Shown: positions 56,420 to 64,000 of the stretch, piece after piece
Position numbering within the stretch: position 1 is the stretch's first letter
How the letters are laid out: every line of letters starts with the position of its first letter
Assembly: GCA_964016885.1 (NCBI GenBank)
Contig: OZ024744.1
Location: forward strand, 89,590,001-89,654,000
Reading direction: 5' to 3'
Source: Eledone cirrhosa
Lineage: Eukaryota
DNA length: 64,000 nucleotides
Notes under the pieces: generated by a model
Databases searched by the model: none
Told to the model about the DNA's origin: nothing
The model's input: only the letters and a program-made list of their open reading frames with translations
Made by a program: the position numbers and the translations under genes

Positions 56420-57310
56420 GGCAGTTGATTGGCACTATCGGTAGAGGGTCGGACGCCATGTTTTGCAGCATAGAATTACGACCCTTTACTATCTGTGTTC
56501 AAATCCCGCCGAAGTTAACTTTGCCTTTCATTCTTATTAGGTCGATAAAATAAAGTAGCAGTAATATACTGGGGGTAATTGCTGACCTTGTGCCAAACGT
56601 AGAAACAATTATTATGAGTTGAAACTTCCTTCGAATATTGATTCTTTTCCATATCATGCTAAGTCTCAACCTGGCATCTGAGGCAAAATTTGGTACAATC
56701 AATTATCATACAAACGATGACATAAGGGCATAAGCCACAGTAAATGTCTTTTCGTGGTATTTAAATTGATAATGCCCTTCTCAGGACATGGACAGTGCCG
56801 GTTAGCACTATTTTCTGTATCTCTTACAGAGATGGCTTTACAGGTATCTGGTCCAAATATTCTTCAGTACCCTTTTTAATCATTGTAAATAACTGTAAAT
56901 AAATGCCATCAATCCTTCGCCTTCATTGTAGAACGCTATAGAGAACATTAGCGTTTTCGTAGTAATGTGGAGTTAAGGGAGGGGGGAGGTAATTTACTGA
57001 AACGAATGATCGTTCACCGACAAGAAATCCGTGATATAAATATCAGAATTCCAATGGTTTGACATATAGGGAGATACAGTACGTATCAAACCACGTGACT
57101 ACATCAAGGATTCTTACATTATGTAGTGAATTGGCAGTATCGGTAGAGGGTCGGACGCCATGCTTTCTAGCATAGTTACGTCCCTTTACAGTTTGAGTTC
57201 AAATCCCGCCGAGGTTAACTTTGCCTTTCATCCTTACGGGGTCGATAAAATAAAGTACCAGTAATGTACTGGGTAATTGCTGGTCTTGTGTCTAAAGTAG
57301 AAACAATTAT
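56420..57310 (+). mobile_element. Two plus-strand copies of the same SINE (56420-56612, 57128-57310)
   Basis: TTGGCA(G/C)TATCGGTAGAGGGTCGGACG...GTTCAAATCCCGCC...GTAGAAACAATTAT. Confidence 0.85.
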
Positions 57311-57349
57311 GTGGACAGAAATCACCTATTCATGTACATATATATCGTA

Positions 57350-57438
<89 letters not shown>

Positions 57439-57597
57439 AATAAGATAACAAGGAGGATTGGTTACTCCTTCATTACGTTAAAAGTATAATATAAAATTAA
57501 ATTAACTTGTTTAGAACTACAAATGAAGTCATTCTTTTCCTTTCTTAAATATATATATACATATGAAAATTGCAAACTTGACTGTCACCACAGAATA

Positions 57598-57636
57598 TGA
57601 ACCTGAAGATTGCGAAAGCATGAAAGTATTTGTTCA
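57598..57636 (+). ncRNA. Minimal type I hammerhead-like motif
   Basis: TGAAC-CTGAAGA-tTGCgaaaGCAt-GAAAG-TA-TTT-GTTCA. Stem III is weak. Confidence 0.6.
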
Positions 57637-57952
57637 ATTAACACTTAACATTTAATATTCTACCATACTATTTCATTCTAATACCATTATAAATTTTAAA
57701 GTATTGTAAATAAAACGAGTAAATCAGACACAGTTGGAATTCCTTTTATGAATATATAAGGAACGATCGACTTTCGTCAAATCGGACCGAGGGAACAATG
57801 TTTCCGTTGGTCTTTCCAATTGCTAATACTATCTATCGGTCGCAACTCCAGGTAGAAGGAGCAACGTGAAATAAAGTGTCTTGCTCAAGGACATAACGCA
57901 TCGCCTGGTCCAGGAATCGAACTCACAACCTTACGATTGCGAATCGCCTTCA

Positions 57953-58016
<64 letters not shown>

Positions 58017-58208
58017 TACTGAAGTTTCCATTGAAAATTGAAAAAGTCAGAGGAATGAATGCTCTGTGTAAGTTACAGAGCTAAATATTTAATGTATAAT
58101 AAACAATACAATATAATTACCTCATTACCAGAGGTTTCCCGAATAAGACGGATACAAGAAACGTCCGCATTCGTTCATCAGACAAGGCAATTTACCTTGG
58201 CAAATTGC

Positions 58209-58274
58209 CTTGTCTGATGAACGAATGCGGACGTTTCTTGTATCCGTCTTATTTGGGAAACCTCTGGTAATGAG
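58209..58274 (+). ncRNA. Type I hammerhead ribozyme (mirror about 58120-58186; family copies on minus at 4542-4607 and 5452-5519)
   Basis: CTTGT-CTGATGA-long stem II-GAAAC-CTCTG-GTA-ATGAG. Confidence 0.72.
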
Positions 58275-59007
58275 GTAATTATATTGTATTGTTTATTATA
58301 CATTAAATATATATATATATATTTAAAAAAGGAAAAGAATGACTTCACTTGTAGTTCTAAACAAGTTAATTTAATTTTATATTATAATTTTACAATTTGG
58401 TTTATTAGATCTAGTAAGTTTTTTGTTAACTCGATGGGGAGATTTTTAAAGATTCCTGGTTAACTTTCCTGTATAACTTTCTTGCATTCGTCGACAGTTT
58501 GGCAATCGCCACCGACGAATGCGAGAAAGTTCTCCAGAAAAGTTAACCATATTATATACAAAGTATCTGTCAGACGAAGAGCGTCTAGCTATGTATCTAG
58601 GTAAGGACCTTGACGCCACCAATACAACCACCACACCACCACAAACACCGCTACCATAGACAGCGGCACCAATACCACACCCCCACAAACACGCCAACCC
58701 GTCTACTGACAACCCACTAACCTCATACCACAGCCCATCCCACTAAGCAACCATAACCACCACCATATCATCACATCCACCCCACATACTCTACACACCA
58801 AGGCCAACCAACCACCACCACACCACAGCCCATCTCATCCACCGACCGTCACCAACATCTCACCATCACACCCACCCCCATATACACTATAGGCTAGTAC
58901 ATCGCCTTGATCCTTCCCACCAATCAAAACAACTCATTTTGTCAAACTCTTGAAACTCTGACTTTACCACATAGCATGTATTTCATTTTCTTATAACATT
59001 TTAAGAG

Positions 59008-59092
59008 GGTCCGTCGAGCTGCGGATTATTGAGTCGGGTAGGATCGATATAGACCGAACCTTGAGCTGATCAGTGGCGAAACGCGCGTCACC
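59008..59092 (+). ncRNA. Hammerhead-like motif with a non-canonical CCGYCGA core (second copy 3119-3203)
   Basis: GGT-CCGTCGA-GCTGC...GTGGC-GAAAC-GCGC-GTC-ACC. Confidence 0.5.
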
Positions 59093-59263
59093 TATCAATA
59101 AATGCAATGAAGGAATAATCAATCGCCCTTTTTATCCTTTCTATATATATATAAAGAATTAGTATATCTACCAACATATGTATACAGATGCATACCTATG
59201 CTAGCAAATATATAGGTTTAGTCTTAGTAACTTTGTAGTTCAATGCAAGGGAATGCAGAACAA

Positions 59264-59919
59264 TTATATGAAAGACGTAAAATAAGAGAATTATGAAAAT
59301 TGACTTACTTACTAAAATTTCACTCCAACTAATTAGTTTCTGTAAGGGAATAAATATGGTCACGCAACGTAATCATAGAGAAACCTTACGTCATCAGGGA
59401 GTCTATTCTCAGCTAAGCTCCTAGGCAATGCGTGGACACAAGGAACTCATATAAAAATAATTCAATGGATGGAAAAAAGCGAGCGGGGACTAAATTCCAG
59501 GACATTGAAAAAATAATTATCTCCAAATTATTTGTTGAGTAAAAATTTGCCGAAATTACTACTATGGTTCATGGTAGTGGTCAGGCCCCTGTCTTAATAA
59601 CATCCCACTCCTCACTGATTAACCTCAGTGTCACGTGATTGATTCTTTCGAATTTGCCACTGACCAAGAAGGCAGTGAATTTTTTCAATGTCCTGGAATT
59701 TAGTCCCCGCTCCCATTTTTCCATCCATTGAATTATTTTTATATGAGTTCCTTGTGTCCACGCATTGCCTAGGAACTTAGCTGAGAATAGACGCCCTGAT
59801 GACGTAAGGTTTCTCTATGATTATGTTGCGTAACCATATTTATTCCCTTACAGAAACTAATTAGTTGGAGTGAAATTTTAGTAAGTAAGTCAATTTTCAT
59901 AATTCTCTTATTTTACGTC

Positions 59920-59928
<9 letters not shown>
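59264..59928. repeat. Long inverted repeat (arms about 250 bp)
   Basis: TATATGAAAGACGTAAAATAAGAG...CATTGAAAAAA is mirrored by TTTTTTCAATG...CTCTTATTTTACGTCTTTCATATA. Same terminal family as the IR at 23023-23130. Confidence 0.9.
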
Positions 59929-60003
<75 letters not shown>

Positions 60004-60093
60004 TTATGTGTCAAACTATTAATACATATATATATATATATAATAATTCAAGAAAGAAGAGTGACATGGTTTATAACGATAACCTGTTATCCC

Positions 60094-60224
<131 letters not shown>

Positions 60225-60634
60225 TGTGTCAAACTATTAATGCATATATAAATGACAGTGGCAAGCAAGAACTGCTATTACATCACTAGTAGACCTTAGC
60301 GATAGAACACAAAGGATCGCTCCCCGTTGACGAATCTGTGTGTTGTTTCTGGTCGTGTCCGTTCCTTCCGGAGAATTCTGTATTTAATGCGTGGCTTCTG
60401 TGTACTGCGGTGAAAATATTGCACCGCAGTGCACAGGACACAGAGTAGAAACCAACGAATTACGTTTCGTCCAGGCTGAATTGTTTAATACCCGTACATA
60501 ATCCCGAACTAACCACTAATAACTAAATATGTGCACACGAACTGGCACCTCGGATCTGGAAGTCTCATGAAATCATCGAGCGAGTGGGAAGGTTCAACGT
60601 ATTAGCACAAACTCAGTTTGTCTAGTTCGATACA

Positions 60635-60697
<63 letters not shown>

Positions 60698-61014
60698 GGT
60701 ATACAAGGATGCAATTCACTTCAAGCACGCGACGTCATATTACTTCTTTAGAACAAGGATGACGGAGTATATGTATATATAAAGAAGAAAATGTGAAGTT
60801 GTAGATGTTAGAATCTTTTATTAATTGAACTGTTATACATATTTCAATGACGATAGATATCGTGATTTCTTCAGACAGCAAAATTGGGTAAAAGGTAACA
60901 TTTCCTAGACGATTATGGGTGGAAGGGAGCGGACTAAAAAAAATGTGCTTTTGCTTTGGATGTTCCTTTTTTTTTTTAGTCCGCTCCCTTCCACCCATAA
61001 TCGCCTACGAAATG

Positions 61015-61735
61015 TTAGTATAGGGGAACGGATAAATGAACACTGGCGAGACCTTCAAGATAATAAAGAATCATCTGTGCTCTACCAACATGCTAAGATA
61101 GAACACAAGGGTAAATTAGAGAACATAGAAATAAAAATAGAATCCACACACAGAAAAGATGCAATGTTTAGGCAAATTACAGAGGCAGTAAGCATAAAAG
61201 AATTACAACCAAAATTAAATAGAAAATATGAGTGGAACAGCAACATCACAACTTACAATTAAGGACACAATGAAAACACACACACACATAGAACAAACAA
61301 CCAACCAACAACATGTAAATAAATAAACAAATAGATAAATGAACACAAACACACACAGACACCCGGATGTGGCGCATGCGCAAACTGAGCACACAACACA
61401 CACACACAGAAACAAAATGGCGTAGGACAGAAGAAAGGAAAGGCACAGAAACAAAGAAAGGAATCCCCAGTCACTGAAGAGGTCACAGAGTGTGTGACGA
61501 AAGGACTATGACTATATATAAACAACTATCTGGTTGTGGAACCAACCAACCAACCAGAAATTTATAAGTTTGTAGATTTGTAAATTTATAAATTTATAAA
61601 TATATAATAAATTGAAGTGAAAGCAACTGGTGCGTGTGTTTCTTATTGGCAACATGACCCTCCCAAAGTATAACAATATCGGTTTCAACACACGATTTCA
61701 GATAAAGAATCTTGCTAAACAAATTCAGAAACGAT
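61015..61735 (+). mobile_element. 3' end of a second Penelope-like family: GIY-YIG C-terminus plus pLTR with hammerhead
   Basis: SIGERINEH...SSVLYQHAKIEH...RQITEAVSIKELQPKLNRKYEW-stop (61262), followed by a UTR shared with dispersed copies at 6879-7140, 25843-26185 and 37300-37555. Confidence 0.8.
61469..61513 (+). ncRNA. Type I hammerhead ribozyme in a Penelope pLTR (family copies 7033-7075 minus, 25995-26037 plus, 37452-37494 minus; related 52355-52398 plus)
   Basis: AGTCA-CTGAAGA-gGTCAC..GTGAC-GAAAG-GA-CTA-TGACT, with a CUH cleavage triplet. Confidence 0.78.
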
Positions 61736-62232
61736 ATATATATATATAACAAAGAGGGTGTGGTAAGATACCAGGTGGACCATAACGCACCAGAGCACTC
61801 GATACTTCGGGTAGAAGAGTGGGTAATATGAAAATATTCTGAATCTTTTCATATATATATCTATATTTGAATGAGTGTGTGTGTAATATAAAATGTAAGT
61901 CCAAATCACACTTTGGGGTGGGGTGATACATGTCAAAAACTTCACTTCTCTCAGCATAAGTTATTCCAATGTCTTAAAATTCCAGATGCTCTCTCTTTTT
62001 TTTTTGAAACCATGGTTGGGGCACTATATAGGTTGGAATTAGCTTCCTTTAGCCAATTTGGCTTGTGTCACCCCCCCCCCCCCACCCACCCACCCCCCAC
62101 CCCACCCCCCACACACCCCCCAAGAGTGATTTGGGGTTAAATCTAATATTTTTAATACTTCTCTGGGTGGATTATTGGTTTATTAATTTATCGATAAATC
62201 CCTTCTTTGTATTACTGTATAAGGTTGTAAAT

Positions 62233-62269
<37 letters not shown>

Positions 62270-62270
62270 G

Positions 62271-62344
<74 letters not shown>

Positions 62345-62482
62345 GTATAGGATTATCCAAGATGTAGTAATGGTTAATTACTACACTGGATATGGTTGAC
62401 GTACGGTAAGAGGTTACTCTACGAGTTATGGAAGAATTGTTCAAGAAACTTAGTTCCTGATCCTTCAGTATTCCGGAGTGTA

Positions 62483-62906
<424 letters not shown>

Positions 62907-63135
62907 ATTTAAGAAAGAAGCATTTCTGAGCAGTACAATAGAAGTTAATTGAAATTTAAACTTGTATAGGCACCAGGCCATTGCCGATATACGTCTGTGA
63001 GTATATATGTATTATTTTTTAGATCGATACAGGCAGACTATATGTATTTGAATTAAGATATCTCATTCTAGCTAATTTATTGTCAATTTACAGTAAAAAC
63101 ACATAAGTGTTGATCATATATTTATTTATATTAAC

Positions 63136-63169
<34 letters not shown>

Positions 63170-63175
63170 TAACCG

Positions 63176-63225
<50 letters not shown>

Positions 63226-63231
63226 TAACCG

Positions 63232-63303
<72 letters not shown>

Positions 63304-63315
63304 ATACATTATATA

Positions 63316-63886
63316 TCTTATATAATAAAGTTATAGTTCATGTTTGTTTGTTTGTTCACGAACTCCTCCTATGGTTTTGGAGATAGACCCCCATAACCAT
63401 ATATATTCTGAAACTACATTGCCCAGAGTACTTAGATAAGTATATTTCATTTTAATCAAAGAGTTCCCCGGGGGTACAAACCACCGCTTGACCCCGCTGA
63501 AAAGTGTTTCCCTTCGATTCCTATTCACAAAATTTCAGCAAATTTCAATAATATTAAGGCATCCTAATGGGGGTTAAACCTCCTATAGTGAACATTTTAG
63601 AAGCCCGTTACTTGAGTATTGGAACCTCTATTATCACGGGCTTTTTCTATTAATTAAACGTAAATCAACAAAAAGGCACCTCTCTTTTATAGTAAAATTT
63701 GGCTAATTTAGACATTTTGTCTATGACAAAACATCACTAGAATTATGACAACAAAAATTATTAGTTAATGCCTCTACTTTTTTAATATTTTCCCTTTATT
63801 TTTCCTCCATAAATTATATCACTGATTTAAAATCAATCATCATTTTCTTACAAATAAAATGTGCAGGGAGCGGGTAATTCAGCTAG
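63316..63886 (+). mobile_element. Non-autonomous Helitron-like element
   Basis: A|TC-TTATATAATAAAG..(GTTT)n start and ..CGGGTAATTCAGCTAG|T end. Terminal hairpin is degenerate. Confidence 0.55.
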
Positions 63887-64000
63887 TATATATATTATTT
63901 CTTTCTCTTAATTTCGAGTATATATTTTTGACCGGCCACCTTCCTGGTGGCAAGGTTGTAAAAGAAAAGAAATTGTCATCCCTTGAATCGCAAGAATGTT

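Noticed and set aside
49868-57310. tRNA genes suggested by A and B boxes
   Set aside because: The boxes belong to multi-copy SINE heads with long non-tRNA bodies. No complete cloverleaf was seen.
59790-59845. CTGATGA motif in the arms of the 59264-59928 inverted repeat
   Set aside because: No matching GAAA..NUH and stem I could be assembled, so it was not counted as a ribozyme.

Overview
AT-rich, microsatellite-dense animal genomic DNA. The SINE and repeat content suggests an octopod cephalopod (inference). One host gene is present: a spliced matrix metalloproteinase on the minus strand, rebuilt by hand from 10 phase-consistent exons (53200 down to 22789; PRCGLPD cysteine switch, HEIGHSLGLYH zinc motif, Met-turn, Thr-rich hinge, hemopexin domain). 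Its signal-peptide exon was not found. The rest is mobile DNA: Penelope-like (GIY-YIG) retroelement remnants, four R4/Dong-like RLE non-LTR elements in (AAT)n or (ACAT)n tracts, tRNA-derived SINEs, a mariner, Helitron-like and hAT remnants, and RTE fragments. The main unannotated signal is RNA-structural. About 40 type I hammerhead-ribozyme motifs from more than 10 sequence families were read by eye. They include a 9-copy tandem array of 429-450 bp non-coding monomers (9930-13689), each with an intact minimal hammerhead, and a circularly permuted dispersed copy at 54 kb, which fits a retrozyme-like circRNA element. There are also about 20 long fold-back palindromes embedded in (TA)n, several of which turn around on the ribozyme's own helices. 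Most entries in the ORF track are microsatellite artefacts.
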